Shown here in pieces: positions 32,201 to 51,182 of a stretch of DNA of 64,000 bases. Positions within the stretch are counted from its first letter, which is position 1; each line of letters starts with the position of its first letter. The notes below the pieces were generated by a model, which ran no database searches, was not told where the DNA came from, and saw only the letters and a program-made list of their open reading frames with translations. This DNA comes from the human T2T-CHM13v2.0 reference genome, Homo sapiens, in assembly GCF_009914755.1 (NCBI RefSeq), contig NC_060941.1; one strand, given 5' to 3'. Made by a program: the position numbers and the translations under genes.

Positions 32201-35200
32201 ATAGAGCAGTTTTGAAACACTCTTTTTGTAGTATCTGTAACTGGATATTTGTACCTCTTTGAGGCCTTCGTTGGAAACTGGTTTAGCTTCACATAAAAAG
32301 TAGACAGAAGCATTCTCAGAAACTTCTTTGTGATGTGTGCACTCAACTCACAGAGTAGAACCTTCCTTTTGATAGAGCAGTTTTGAAACACTCTTTTTGT
32401 AGAATTTGCAAGTGGACATTTGGAACTCTTTGAGGCCTGTGGTGGAAAGGGAAATATCTTCACATAGAAACTAGACAGAAGCATTTTCAGAAAGTTTTGT
32501 GATGTGTACATTCAACTCACAGAGTTGAACCTTTCTATTGATAGAGCAGTTTTGAAACACTATTTTTGTAGAAATTGAAAGTGGATATTTGGAGCTCTTT
32601 GAGGCCTGTGGTGGAAAAGGAAATATCTTCACGTAGAAACTAGAGAAGGATTCTCAGAAACTTCTTTGTGATGTGTGCATTAAACTTACAGAGTTGAACC
32701 TTCCCTTTGATAGAGCAGTTTTGAAACACTCCTTTTGTAGAAACTGCGTGTGGATATTTGCACCCAGTTGAGGCCTTCATTGGAAACCAGAATAGCTTCA
32801 CATAAAAAGGAGACAGAAACATTCTCAGACACTTCTTTGTGATGTGTGCATTCAACTCACAGAGTGGAACCTTTCTTTTGATAGAGTAGTTTTAAAACAC
32901 TCGTTTTGTAGCATCTGGAAGTGGACATTTGAGCGTTTTCAGGCTTGTGGCGGAAAAGGAAATTTCTTCCCATAGAAACTAGGGAGAAGAATTCTCAGAA
33001 ACTTCTTTGTGATGTGTGCATTGAACTCACAGAGTTGAACATCCCTTTTGATGGGGCAGTTTTGAAACACTCTTTTTGTACAATTTGCAAGTGGATATTT
33101 GGAGCTCTTTGAGGACTGTGGTGGAAAAGGAAATATCTTCACATAGAAACTCGAGATAAGCATTCTCAAAAACTTCTTTGTGATGTGTGCATTCAACTCA
33201 CAGAATTGAACCTTCGTTTTGATAGTGAAGTTTTGAAACACTCTTTTTGTAGAATCTGCAAGTGGATATTTGGACCGCTTTGTGGCCTGCAGTAGAAAAG
33301 GAGATATCTTCATATAAATACTATACAGAAGCATTCTCAGAAACTAATTTGTGATGTGTGAATTCAACTCACAGAGTTGAACTTTCCTTATTATAGAGCA
33401 GTTTTGAAACACTCTTTTTGTAGAATCTGCAAGTGGATATTTTTATCGCTTGGAGGCCTTCGTTGGAAACGGGAATAGCTGCACATAAAAAGTAGACAGA
33501 AGCATTCTCAGAAACTTATTTGTGATGTGTGCATTCAACTCACAGAGTTGAACATTTCTTTTGACAGAGAAGTTTTGAAATACTCTTTTTGTAGAATCTG
33601 CAAGTGGAGAATTGGAGCGCTTTCAGGCCTGTGGAGGAAAAGGAAATATCTTCGCATAGAAACTAGACAGAAGCACTCTCAGAAACTTCTTTGTGATGTG
33701 TACATTCAACTAACAGGGTTGAACGCCCCTTTTGATAGAACAGTTTTGAAACACTCTTTTTGTAGAATCCGCAAGTGGATATTTGGAGCGCTTTGAGGCC
33801 TTCATTGGAAACGGAATAGCTTCAAAGAAAAAGTAGACAGAAGCATTCTCAGAAACTTCTTTGTGATGTGTGCATTCAACTAACAGAGTTGAACCTTCCC
33901 TTTGATAGAGCAGTTTTGAAACACTCTTTTTGAAGAATCTGCAAGTGGATATTTGGAGTGCTTGGAAGCCTATGGTAGAAAAGTTAATATCTTCATATAA
34001 AAACTAGACAGAAGCGTTCTCTGAGACTTCTTTGTGATGTGTACATTCAGCTCACAGAGTTGAACATCCCTTTTGATGGAGTCTTTTGGAAACACGCTTT
34101 TTGTAGAATCTGCAAGTGGATATTTTGACAGCTTTGAGGCCTTCGGTGGAAATGGGAATATCTTCATATAAAAACTAGGCAAAGGCATTTTCAAAAACTT
34201 CTCTGTGATGTGTGCATTCATGTCACAGAATTGAACCTTCCTTTTGAAAGAGCAGTCTTGAAACACTCTTTTTGTAGAATCTGCAAGTGAATATTTGGAC
34301 CGCTTTGAGGGCTACGGTAGAAAAGGAAATATCTTCATATAAAAACTAGACAGAAGCGTTGTCAGAAACTGCTTTGTGGTGTGTGCATTCAACTCAGAGA
34401 GTTGAAGATTCCTTTTCATAGAGAAGTTTTGAAACACTCTTTTTGTAGAATATGCAACTGGATATTTCTACCGCTTTGAGGCTTTCATTGGAAACGGGTT
34501 TAGCTTCACATAAAAAGTAGACAAAAGCATTCTCAGAATCTTCTTTGTGATGTATGCATTCAACACACAGAGTTTAACATTCCTTTTGACAGAGTAGTTT
34601 TGAAACACTCTTTTTGTAGAATCTACAAGTGGGTATTTGGAGTCCTTGTGGCTTGTGGTGGAAAAGGAAATATCTTCACATAAAAACTAGACAGAGGCAT
34701 TCTCAAAAACTTCTTTGTGATTTGTGCATTCAATTCTCAGAGTTGAACATTCATTTTGACAGAACAGTTTTGAAACACTCATTTTGTAGGATCTGCCAGT
34801 GGACATTTGGAGCGCTTTGAGGCCTTTGGTGGAAAAGGAAATATCTTCACATAGAAACTAGACAGAAGCATTCTCAGAAAGTTCTTTGTGATGTGTGCAT
34901 TCAACTCACAGAATTGAACCTTCCTTTTGATAGAGCAGTTTTGAATCACCTTTTTTGTAGAATTTGCAAGTGGACATTTGGACCTCTTTGAGGACTGTGG
35001 TGTAAAACGGTATATCTTCACATAGAAACTAGAGAGAAGAATTCTCAGAAACTTGTTTATGATGGGTGCATTCAGCTCACTGAAATGAACCTTCGTTTTG
35101 AAAGTGCAGTTTTGAAACACTGTTTTGTAGAATCTGCAAGTGGATATTTGCACCACATTGAGGCATAGAGTAGAAAAGGATATATCTTTATATAAAAATT

Positions 35201-38200
35201 AGACAGAAGGATTCTCAGAAGGTACTTTGTGATGTGTGCATTCAACTCACAGAGTTGAACTTTCCTTTTGATAGAGTAGTTTTGAAACACTCTTTTTGAA
35301 GGATCTGCAAGTGGATATTTGCAGTGCTTTGAGGCCTTCATTGGAAACGGGATTAGCTTCACATAAAAAGTATACACAAGCATTCTCATAAACTTCTTTG
35401 TGATGTGTGTATTCAGCTAACAGACTTGAACCTTCCTTTTGATAGGGCAGTTTTGCAACACTCTTTTTGAAGAATCTCCAAGTGGATATTTGGATTGCTT
35501 TGAGGCCTATAGTAGAAAAGGAAATATCTTCATATAAAAACTAGAGAGAAGGATTCTCAGAGACTTCTTTGTGATGTGTACATTCAACTCACAGAGTTGA
35601 TCATCCCTTTTGATAGAGTCTTTTGAAACACTCTTTTTGCAGAATCTGCAAGTGGATATTTGGAGCGCTTTGAGGCTTCGTAGGAAACAGGAATAGCTTC
35701 ACATAAAAAGTAGACAGAAGCATTCTCGGAAACTTATGTGTGCATTCAACTCCCAGTGTTGAACATTACTTTTAACAGAGCAGTTTTGAAATACTCTTTT
35801 TGCAGAATCTGCAAGTGTACATTTGGAACGCTTTGAGGCCTGTATGGAAAAGGAAATATCTTCACATAGAAAATAGACAGAAGAATTCTCAGTAACTACT
35901 TTGTGATGTGTGTATTCAACTCACAGAGTTGAACCTTCCTTTCGATAGAGCAGTTTTGAAACACTCTATTTGTAGAATTTGCAAGTGGACATTTGGAGCT
36001 TTTTGAGGCCTGTGGTGGAAAAGGAAATATCTTCACATAGAAACTGGACAGAAGCACTCTCAGAAACTTCTTTGTGATGTGTGCATTCAACTCACAGATT
36101 TGAACCTTTCGTCTGACAGCAGTTTTGAAACCCTCTTTTTATAGAATTTGTAAGTCGACATTTGGACCGCTTTGAGGCCTACAGTAGAAAAGGAAATAAC
36201 TTAATTAAAAACTAGGCAGAACCATTCCCAGAAACTACTTTGTGATGTGTGCTTTCAACTCACAGAGTTGAACATTCCTTTTTCATAGAACAGTTTTGAC
36301 ACACTCTTTTTGTAAAATCTGCAAGTGGACACTTGTTCTGCTTTGAGGCCTTCGTTGGAAACGGGAATAGCTTCACATAAAAAATAGGCAGAAGCATTCT
36401 CACAAACTTTTCTGTGATGTGTGCATTCAACTCACAGAGTTGAACATTTCTTTTGACAGAGCAGTTTTGAAACACTTTTTTTGTGGAATCTACAAGTGGA
36501 CATTAAGAGTGCTATGAGGACTGTGGTGGAAAAGGAAATATCTTCACATAGAAACTAGACAGAAGCATTCTCAGAAACTTCTTTGTGATGTGTGCATTCA
36601 AATCACAGAGTGGAATCTTCCTGTTGATAGAACAGTTATGAATCCCTCTTTTTGTAGAATTTGCAAGTGGACATTTGCAGCTCTTTGAGGAGTGTGGTGG
36701 AAAAGGATATGTCTTCACATAGAAACTAGAGATGCATTCTCAGAAACTTCTTTGTGATGTGTGCTTCAACTCACAGAATTGAAACTTCGTTTTGAAAGTG
36801 CAGTTCTGAAACACTCTTTTTGTAGAATCTGCAGGTGGATATTTGGATTGCTTTGAGGCCTACAGTAGAAAAGGAAATATCTTCATATAAAAACTAGACA
36901 GAAGCATTTTCAGAAACTACTTTGTGATGTGTGCATTCAACTCACAGAGTTGAACCTTGCTTTTGATTAAGCAGTTTTGAAACACTCTTTTGGGAGAATT
37001 TGCAAGTGGACATTTGGAGCGCTTTGAGGCCTGTGGTGGAAAAGGAAATATCTTCATATAGAAACCAGAGAGAACCATTCTCCAAAACTTCTTTGTTGGT
37101 GTGTGCTTTCAATTTACAGAGTTGAACCGTCCTTTTCCTAGAGCTGTTTTGAAACACTCTTTTGGTAGAGTCTGCAAGTGGATATTTGGAGGACTTTGAG
37201 TCCTATGGTAGAAAAGGATATATCTTCATATAAAAACTGGAGTGAGGCATTCTTAGAAACTACTTTCTGATATGTGCATTCAACTCACAGAGTTGAACAT
37301 TCCTGTTGATAGAGCAGTTTTGAAACACTTTTTTTAGAAACTGAAAGTGGATATTTGGACCGAACTGAGGGCTATGGTAGAAAAGGAATTATCTTCATAT
37401 AAAAGCTAGACAGAAGCATTCTCAAAAACTTCTTTGTGATGCGTGCATTCCACTCACAGAGTTGAACATTCCTTTTCACAGAGAAGTTTTGAAACACTCT
37501 TTTTGTAGAATCTGCAAGTGGACTTTTGGGGTGCTTTGAGGCTTGTGGTGGAATAGGAAATATATTCACATAAAAACTAGACAGAAGCATTCTCAAAAAC
37601 TTCTTTGTGATGTGTGCATTCCACTCACAGAGTTGAACATTCCTTTTCACAGAGAAGTTTTGAAACACTCTTTTTGTAGAATCTGCAATTGGACATTTGG
37701 AGCGCTTTGACGCCTGTGGTGGAAAAGGAAATATCTTCACAAAGAAACTAGACAGAAGCATTCTCAGAAACTTCTTTGTGATGTGTGCATTCAACTCACA
37801 GAGTTGAACCTTCCTTTTGATAGAACATTTTTGAAATACGCTTTTTGTAGAATCTGCAAGTATATATTATGACGGATTTGAGGCCTTCGGTGTAAATGGT
37901 AATATCTTCATATAAAAACTACACAAAAGCATTCTCAAAAACTACTTTGTGATGTGTGCATTTAACTCACCGAATTGAATCTTCCTTTTGAAAGAGCAGT
38001 ATTGAAACACTCTTTTTGTAGAATCTGCAAGGGCATATTTGGACCGCTTTGAGGCCTATGGTAGAAAAGAAAGTATCTTCAAATAAAAACTAGACAGAAG
38101 CATTCTGAGAAACTACATTGTGATGTGTGCATTCAACTCACATAGTTGAACATTCCTTTCCATAGAGCTGTTTTGAAACACTCTTTTTGTAGAATCTGCA

Positions 38201-40466
38201 AGTGGATATTTGAATGCTTGGAGGTCTTCGTTGGAAACGGGAATAGCTTCACATAAAAAGTAGAGAGAAGCATTCTCAGAAACTTCTTTGTGACGTGTGC
38301 GTTCAACTAACAGATTTGAACCTTCCTTTTGATAGAGCAGTTTTGAAAAACTGTTTTTGAAGAATCTGCAAGAGGATATTTGGAGTGCTTTGAGGCCTTA
38401 GTTGGAAAGGGGAATAGCATCACATACAAAGTAGACAGAAGCATTCTCAGAAACTTCTTTGTGATGTGTGCATTCAACTAATAGAGTTGAAAGTTCCTTT
38501 TGATAGAGCAGTTTTGAAAAACTCTTTTTGAAAATCTGCAAGTGGATATTTGGAGTGCTTTGAGGCCCATGGTAGAAAAGGAAATATCTTCATATAAAAA
38601 CCAGACAGAATCTTTCTCAGAGACTTCTTTGTGATGTGTGCATTCAACTCACAGAATAGAACATTCCTTTCCATAGAGCCATTTTGAAACACTCTTTTTG
38701 ACGAATCTGCAAGTGGATATTTGGAGCACTTTGAGGCCTTCGTTGGAAATGGGAATAGCTTCACATAAAAAGTAGACAGAAGCATTGGGAGAAACTTCTC
38801 TGTGATGTGCGCTTTACTCACTGAGTTGAACATTCCTTTTGACAGAGCAGTTTTGAAACACTCTTTTTGTGGAATCTGCAACTGGACATTTGGAGCACTT
38901 TGAGGCCTGTGTGGAAAAGGAAATATCTTCACAAAGAAACTAGACAGAAGCATTCTCAGAAACTTCTTTGTGATGTGTGCATTCAACTAACAGAATTGAA
39001 CCTTCCTTTTGATAGAACAGATTTGAAATATGCTTTTTGTAGAATCTGCAAGTGGATATTTGGAATGCTTGGAGGCTTCGTTGGGAAACGGGAAAAGCTT
39101 CACATAAAAAGTATACGGAAGCATTCTCACAAACTTCTTTGTGATGTGTGCATTCAACTCACAGAGGTGAAACTTTCTTTTGATAGAGCAGTTTTGAAAC
39201 GCTCTTTTTGTAAAATCTGCAAGTGGACATTTGGAACTCTTTGAGGCCTGTGGTGGAAAAGGAAATATCTTCACATAGAAACTAGACAGAAGCATTCTCA
39301 GAAACTTCTTTGTGATGTGTGCATTCAACTCACAGAGTTGAACCTTTCTTTTAATAGAGCAGTTTGGAAACACTCTTTTTGTAGGAACTGCATGTGGATA
39401 TTTGGACAGATTAGAGGCCTTCGTTGGAAAAGGATATAGCTTCACATAAAAAGTAGACAGAAGAATTCTCAGAAACCTCTTTGTGATGTGTGGATTCAAC
39501 TCACAGAATTGAATCTTCATTTTGAAAGTGCAGTTTTGAAACACCCTTTTTGTAGAATCTGCAAGTGGATATTTGGACTGTTTTGAAGCCTACAGTAGAA
39601 AAGGGAATATCTTCATATAAAAACTAGACAGAAGCATTCTCAGAAGCTACTTTGTGATTTGTGCATTCAACTAATAGCGTTGAACCTTCCTTTTGATAAA
39701 GCAGTTTTGAAACACTCTTTTTGAAGAATCTTCAAGTGGATATTTGGAATTCTTGGAGGCCTTCTTTGGAAACGGGAATAACATCACAAAAAAAGGTAGT
39801 CAGAAGCATTCTTAGAAACTTTTTTGTGATGTGTGCATTCAGCCAACAAAGTTGAACCTTCCTTTTGATAGAGCAGTTTTGAAACACTCTTTTTGAAAAC
39901 TGCAAGTGGATATTTGGAGTGCTTTGAGTCCCATGGTAGAAAAGGAACTATCTTCATATAAATACCAGACAGATGCTTTCTCAGAGACTTCTTTGTGATG
40001 TGTGCGTTCAACTCACAGAGTTCAACATCCCTTTTGATAGAGCCCTTTTGAAACACTCTTTTTGTAGAATCTGCAAGTGTACATTTGGAGCACTTTCAGG
40101 CCTGTGTGGAAAAGGAAATATCTTCACCTAGAAACTAGACAGAAGCATTCTCAGAACCTTCTTTGTGATGTGTGCACTCAACTAACAGAGTTGAACCTTC
40201 CTTTTGATAGATCAGTTTTGAAACACGCTTTTTGTAGATTCTGCAAGTGGATATTTTGATGGCTTTGAGGCCTTTGGTGTAAATGGGAATGTCTTCACAT
40301 AAAAAGTAGACAAAAGCATTCTCAAAAACATGTTTTTGATGTGTGCATTCATCTCACAGAATTGGACCTTCGTTTTGATAGAACAATTTTGAAACACTCT
40401 TTTTGTAGAATCTGCAAGTGGATATTTGTACCGTTTTGAGGCGTATGGTAGAAAAGGAAATATCTT
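29235..40466 (+). repeat. Alpha satellite, layer B
   Basis: Tandem 171-bp monomers; canonical CENP-B boxes at 31756, 31924, 33458, 36350 and 38226. Confidence 0.95.
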
Positions 40467-40569
40467 TTTTTTTTTTTTTTTTTTGAGACGGAGTCTCGCT
40501 CTGTCGCCCAGGCTGGAGTGCAGTGGCGGGATCTCGGCTCACTGCAAGCTCCGCCTCCCGGGTTCACGC
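40467..40569 (-). mobile_element. 5'-truncated young Alu (85 bp of right arm plus pure polyA), AluYa5-like, 11-bp TSD
   Basis: T20 at 40465-40484, then gagacggagtctcgc...gggttcacgc. Sense GAGATCCCGCC is the Ya5-type variant. TSD ggaaatatctt at 40456-40466 and 40570-40580. Confidence 0.95.
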
Positions 40570-42130
40570 GGAAATATCTTCATTTAAAAACTAGACTGAA
40601 GCATTCCCAGAAACTACCTTGTAATGTGTGCATTCCACTCACAGAGTTGATCATTGCTTTTCATAGAGCAGTTTTGACACACTCTTTTTGCAGAATCTGC
40701 AAGTGGATATTTTTACCGCTTTGAGGCCTTTGTTGGGAACGGGAATAGCTTCACCTAAAAAGCAGACAGAAGCATTCTCAGAAGCTTCCCTGTGATGTAT
40801 GCATTCAACTCACAGAGTTGAGCATTCCTTTTGACAGAGCTGTTTTGAAACACTCCTTTTGTAGAATCTGCAAGTGGACATTTGGAGCACTCTGAAAGTT
40901 GTCATGGAAAAGGAAGTATCTCCACGTAGAAACTAGACAGAACCATTCTAAAACTTCTTTGCGATGTGTGCATTCAACTAACAGAGTTGAACCTTCCTTT
41001 TGATAGAGCAGTTTTGAAACACTCTTTTTGTAGAATTTCAAGTGGACATTTTGAGCTCTTTGAGGACTGTTGTGGAAAATGAAATATCTTCACATAGAAA
41101 CTAGACAGAAGCATTCTCAGAAACTTCTTTGTGTTGTGTACATTCAACTCACAGAGTTGAACCTTCCTCTTGATAGAGCAGTTTTCAAATACTATTTTGG
41201 TAGAATCTACAAGTGCATATTTGGAACGCTTTGAGGTCTAATGGTAGAAAAGGAAATATTTTCATATAAAACTCGACAGAAGCATTCTCAGAAACTGCTT
41301 TGTGATGTGTGCATTCAACTCAAAAAGTTGAACTTTTCTTTTGATAGAGAAGTTTTGAAACACTCTTTTTGTAGTATCTGCAAGTGGACATTTGGAATGC
41401 TTTCAGGCCTGTGGTGGAAAAGGAAATATCTTCACTTAGAAACGAGACAGAAGCATTCTCAGAAACTTCTTTGTGATGTGTACATTCAACTCACACTGTG
41501 GAACATCCCTTTTGATAGAGCAGTTTTGAAACACTCTTTTTGTAGAATCTGCTAGTGGATATTTGGAGTGCTTTGAGGCCTTTGGTGGAAAAGTAAATAT
41601 CTTCACATAGAAAGTAGACAGAAGCATTCTCAGAAACTCCTTTGCGATGTGTGCATTCAACTCACAAAGTTGAACATTCCTTTTGATAGAGCAGTTTTGA
41701 AACACTCTTTTTGTAGAGTCTGCAAGTGGACATTTGTAGTGCTTTGAGATCTGTGGTTAAAAGGAAATATCTTCACATAGAAACTAGACAGAAGCATTCT
41801 CAGGAAGTCCTTTGTGATGTGTGCATTCAACTCACAGAGTTGAACCTTCCTTTTGATTGAGCAGTTTTGAAACACGCGTTTTGAAGAATCTGCAAGTGGA
41901 TATTTTGTCATCTTTGAGGGCTTCAATGGAAATGGGAATATCTTCACATATAAACTAGACAGAAGCATTCTCAAAAACTTCTTTGTGATGTGTACACTCA
42001 ACTCAAAGAATTGAATCTTCGTTTTGAAAGAGTAGTTTTGAAACACTCTTTTTGTAGAATCTGCAATCTGATATTTGGACTGCTTTGAGGCCTATGGTAA
42101 AGTAATTATCTTCATATAAAAACTAGACTG
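40570..42130 (+). repeat. Alpha satellite, layer B
   Basis: Tandem 171-bp monomers. Confidence 0.95.
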
Positions 42131-44097
<1,967 letters not shown>

Positions 44098-46901
44098 AAA
44101 ATCTAGACAGAAGCATTCTCAGAAACTACTTTGTGATGTGTGAATTCAACTCACAGAGTTGAACCTCCCTTTTGATAGAGCAGTTTTGAGACACTCTTTT
44201 TGAAGAATCTGCAAGGGGATACTTGGAGTGCTTTGAAGCCTATGTTAGAAAAGGAAATATCTTCATATAACAACTAGACAGAAGCATTCTCAGAAACGAC
44301 TTTGGATGTTTGCATTAAACTCACAGAATTGAACCTTCCATTTGATAGAGCAGTTTTGAAACACTCTTTTGAAGAATCTGCAAGGGGATATTTGGAGTGC
44401 TTTGAGGCCTATGTTAGAAAAGGAAATATCTTCATATAAAAATTAGACAGAAGCATTCTGAGAAATGACATTGGACGTTTGCATTCAACTCACAGAGTTG
44501 AACATTCTTTTTGATAGAGCAGTTTTGAAACACTCTTATTGTAGAATCTGAAAGTGGATATTTGGAGCGCTTTGAGGCCTACGGTGGAAATGGGAATTGC
44601 TTCACAGAAAAACTAGACAGAAGCATTCTCAGAAACTTCTTTGTGATGTGTGCATTCATCTCACAGAGTTGAACCTTTCTTTTGATAGAGCAGTTTTGAA
44701 ACACTATTTTGTAGAATTTGGAACTGGACATTTTGAGCACTTTGAAGCCTGTGGTGGAAAAGGAAATATCTTCACATAGAAACTAGAGAGAAGGACTCTC
44801 AGAAATATCTTTGTAATGTGTGCATTCAACTTACATAGTTGACCCTTCCTTTTGATAGAGCTGTTTTGGAACACTCTTTTGGTAGAATCTACATGTGGGT
44901 ATTTGGAGCGCTTTGATTCCTATGGTAGAAAAGGAAATATCTTCATTTAAAAACTAGACAGAAACATTCTTAGAAACTACTTTGTGATGTGTTCATGCAA
45001 CTCACAGAGTTGAACATTACTTTAGATAGAGCAGTTTTGAAACACACTTTTTGTAGAAACTGGAAGTGAACATTTGGACCGATTTTAGGCCTTCATTGGA
45101 AACGGGAGTAGCTTCACATAAAAACGGGACAGAAGCATTCTCAGAAACTTCTTTGTGATGTCTGTATTCAACTCACAGAGTTGAACCTTCCTTTCGATAG
45201 AGCAGTTTTGAAACACTGCTTTTGTAGAATCTGCAAGTGGACATTTGGAGCTGTTTGAGGCCTGTGGTGGAAAAGGAAATATATTCACATAGAAACTAGA
45301 GAGAGCCATTCTCAGAAACTTCTTTGTGATGTGTGCATTAAACTTATAGAGTTGAACCTTGCTTTTGATAGAGCAGTTTTGAAACACTTTTTGTAGAAAG
45401 TACAAGTGAATATTTGGACCAATTTGAGGACTTACTTCAAAACGGGAATAGCCTCACATAAAAAGGAGACAGAAGCATTCTCAGAAACTTCTTTGTGATG
45501 TGTGCATTCAACTCACAGAGTTGAAGCTTTCTTTCGATAGAGCAGTTTTGAAACACTCTTCTTGTAGAATCTGCAAGTGAACATTTGGAGGGCATTCAGG
45601 CCTGTGGTGGAAAAGGAAATATCTTCACATAGAAACTAGACAGAAGCATTCTCAAAAATTTCTTTTTGATGTGTACATTCAACTCACAGAGTTGAACATC
45701 CCTCTTGATAGAGCAGTTTTGAAACACTCTTTTTGTAGAATACACAAGTGGATCTTTGGAGCGCTTTCTGGCCTACAGCAGAAATGGAAACATCTTCATA
45801 TAAGAACTAGACAGTAGCATTCTCAGAAACTTCTTTGTGATGTGTGCATTTAACTAACAGAGTGCAACTTTCTTTTGATAGAGCAGTTTTGAAACACACT
45901 TTTTGTAGTATCTGCAAGTGGATATTTGGACCGCTTTCAGGCCTTCATTGGAAACGGGAATAGTTTCACATAAAAAGTAGACAAAAGCATTCTCAGAAAG
46001 TTCTCTGTGATGTGTGCCTTCAACTCACAGAGATGAAAAGTCCTTTTGATAGAGAAGTTTTGAAACACTCTTTTTGTAGAATCTGCAAGTGGATATTTGG
46101 AGCGCTTTGAAGCCTTCGGTAAAAAAGGAAGAATCTTCATATAAAAACCGACAGAAGCATTCACAGAAACTACTTTGTGATGTTTGCATTCAACTCCCAG
46201 AATTGAACATTTCTTTTGATAGAGTAGTTTTGAAACTCCCTTTACTTAGAATCTGCAAGTGGATATTTGTAGCGCTTTGAGGACTACGGTGGAAACAGGA
46301 ACATCTTCACGTAAAAACAAGACAGAAGCATTCTCAGAAACTTCTTTCTGATGTGTGCATTCAAAAAACAGAGTTGAAACTTCGTTTTGATAGAGCTGTT
46401 TTGAAACACTCTTTTTGTAGAATCTGCAAGTGGATATTTGGAGCGCTTTGAGTGCTATGGTAGAGAAGCAAGAATCTTCTTATAAAAACCAGACAGAAGC
46501 ATCCACAGAAACTACTTTGTGATGTTTGCAATCAACTCACAGAGTTGAACTTTTCTTTTGATAGAGCAGTTTTGAAACACTCCTCTTGCAGAATCTGCAA
46601 GGGGATATTTGGATCGCTTTGAGGACTTCGTTTGCAAGGGGAATATCTTCACATAAAAAGTAGACAGAAGCATTCTCAGAACCTTCCTTTTGACGTGTGC
46701 ATTCAACTCACAGAGTTGAACCTTTCTTATGATAGAGCAGTTTTGAAACACTCTTTTTGTAGAATCTGCAAGTGGACATTTGGAGCACTTTGAGGCCTTT
46801 GGTGGAAAAGTAAATATCTTCACATAGAAAGTAGACAGAAGCATTCTCAGAAACTCCTTTGTGATGTGTGCTTTTAACTCACAAATTTGAACTTTCCTTT
46901 T
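44098..46901 (+). repeat. Alpha satellite, layer B
   Basis: Tandem 171-bp monomers. Confidence 0.95.
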
Positions 46902-47033
46902 TTTAAAAATTTTTTTAATTTTTTTTATTATACTTTAAGTTTTAGGGTACATGTGCACATTGTGCAGGTTAGTTACATATGTATACATGTGCCATGCTGG
47001 TGCGCTGCACCCACTAACTCGTCATCTAGCATT
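46902..47033 (-). mobile_element. Very short LINE-1 3' end (~130 bp, L1PA2-like) with 9-bp TSD
   Basis: T-rich tail, then tatactttaagttttagggtac...actaactcgtcatctagcatt (sense GACGAGTTAGTGGG, not the L1HS ACA/ACG type). TSD tttcctttt at 46893-46901 and 47032-47040. Confidence 0.95.
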
Positions 47034-48093
47034 TCCTTTTGATAGAGCAGTTTTGATACACTCTTTTTGTAGAATCTGCCAGTGGATATTTGGAGCGATT
47101 TGAAGCCTATGGTAGTAAAGGAAGTATCTTCATATAAAAACTAGAAAGAAGCATTCCCAGAAACTACTTTGAGATGTTTGCATTCAAATCACGATGTTGA
47201 ACATTCCTTTTAATAGAGCAGTTTTGAAATACACATTTGTAGAGTCTGCAAGTGGATATTTGGAGCGCTTTGAAGCCTTCATTGGAAACAGGAGAATCTT
47301 CACATAGAAACTACACAGAGGTATTCTCAGAAACTTATTTGTGATGTGTGCATTCAACTCACAAAGTTGAACAATTCTTTTGATAGAGCAGTTTTGAAAC
47401 ACTCTTTTTTTAGAATCTGCAAGTGGACATTAGGAGAGCTTTGAGGCCTGTGGTGCAAAAGGAAATATCTTCACATAAAAAGTAGACAGAAGCATTCTCT
47501 GAAACGACTTTGTGATGTGTGCATTCAACTCACAGAGTTGAACATTTCTTTTGATAGAGCAATTTTGAAACACTCTTTTTGTAGAATCTGCCAGTGGTTA
47601 TTTGTAGCGCTTTGAGGCCTGTGGTGGAAATGGAAATATCTTCACATAGAAACTAGACAGAAGCATTCTCAGAAACTTATGTGTGATGTGTGCATTCAAC
47701 TCACAGTGTTGAACTTTTCTTTTGATAGAGCAGTTTTGAAACACTCTTTTTTTAGAATCTGCAAGTAGAAATTATGAGCGCTATGAGGCCCATGGTGGAA
47801 ACGGGAATATCTTCACATAAAAAGTAGACAGAAGCATTCTCAGAAACTCCTTTGTGATGTGTGCATTCAACTCACACAGTTGAACATTTCTTTTCATAGA
47901 GTTGTTTTGAAACACTCTTTTTGTAGAATCTGCAAGTGGACATTTGGTGTGCTTTGAGGCCTGTGGTGTAAAAGAAAATATCTTCACACAGAAACTAGAC
48001 AGAAGAATTCTCAAAAACTTCATTTTGTTGTGTGCACTCACCTCTCTGAGTTGAACCATCCTTTTTATGGAGCACTTTTGAAACACTCTTTTT
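47034..48093 (+). repeat. Alpha satellite, layer B
   Basis: Tandem 171-bp monomers. Confidence 0.95.
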
Positions 48094-50517
<2,424 letters not shown>

Positions 50518-51182
50518 AAACATTCTTTTTGTAGAATCTTAAAGTGGACATTTGGAGTGCTTTGAGGCCTATGGTAGAAAAGGAAATATCTTCATATAAA
50601 AACTAGACAGAATCATTATCAGAAACTACTTTGGATGTTTGCATTCAACTCACAAATTTGAACATTCCTGTTGACAGAGGAGTTTTGAAACACTCTTTTT
50701 TAGAATCTGGAACTAGATATTTGGAGCGCTTTGTGGCCTACGTTGGAAACGGGAATATCTTCACATAAATACTAGACAGAAGCATTCTCAAAAACTTTTT
50801 TGTGATGTTTGCATTCAACTCACAGAGCTGAAGCTTCCTTTTGATAGAGCAGTTTTGAAAAACTCTTTCGTTAGGATCTGCAAGTGGAAATTTTGACCGC
50901 TTTGAAGTCTATGGTAGAAAAGATATATCTTCATATAAAAAATAGACAGAAGCATTCTCAGAAACTACTTTGCGATGTGCGCATTCAACTCACAGAGTTG
51001 AAACTTTCTTTTGATAGAGCAGTTTGGAAACACTCTTTTTGTAGAGTCTGCAAGTGGATATTTGGAGCGCTTTGAGGCCTGTGGTGGAATTGGAAATATC
51101 CTCAGATAGAAACTAGAGAGAAGCATTCTCAGAAACTTCTTTGTGACGTGTGCATTCAACTCAGAGTTGAAAATCCCTTTTC

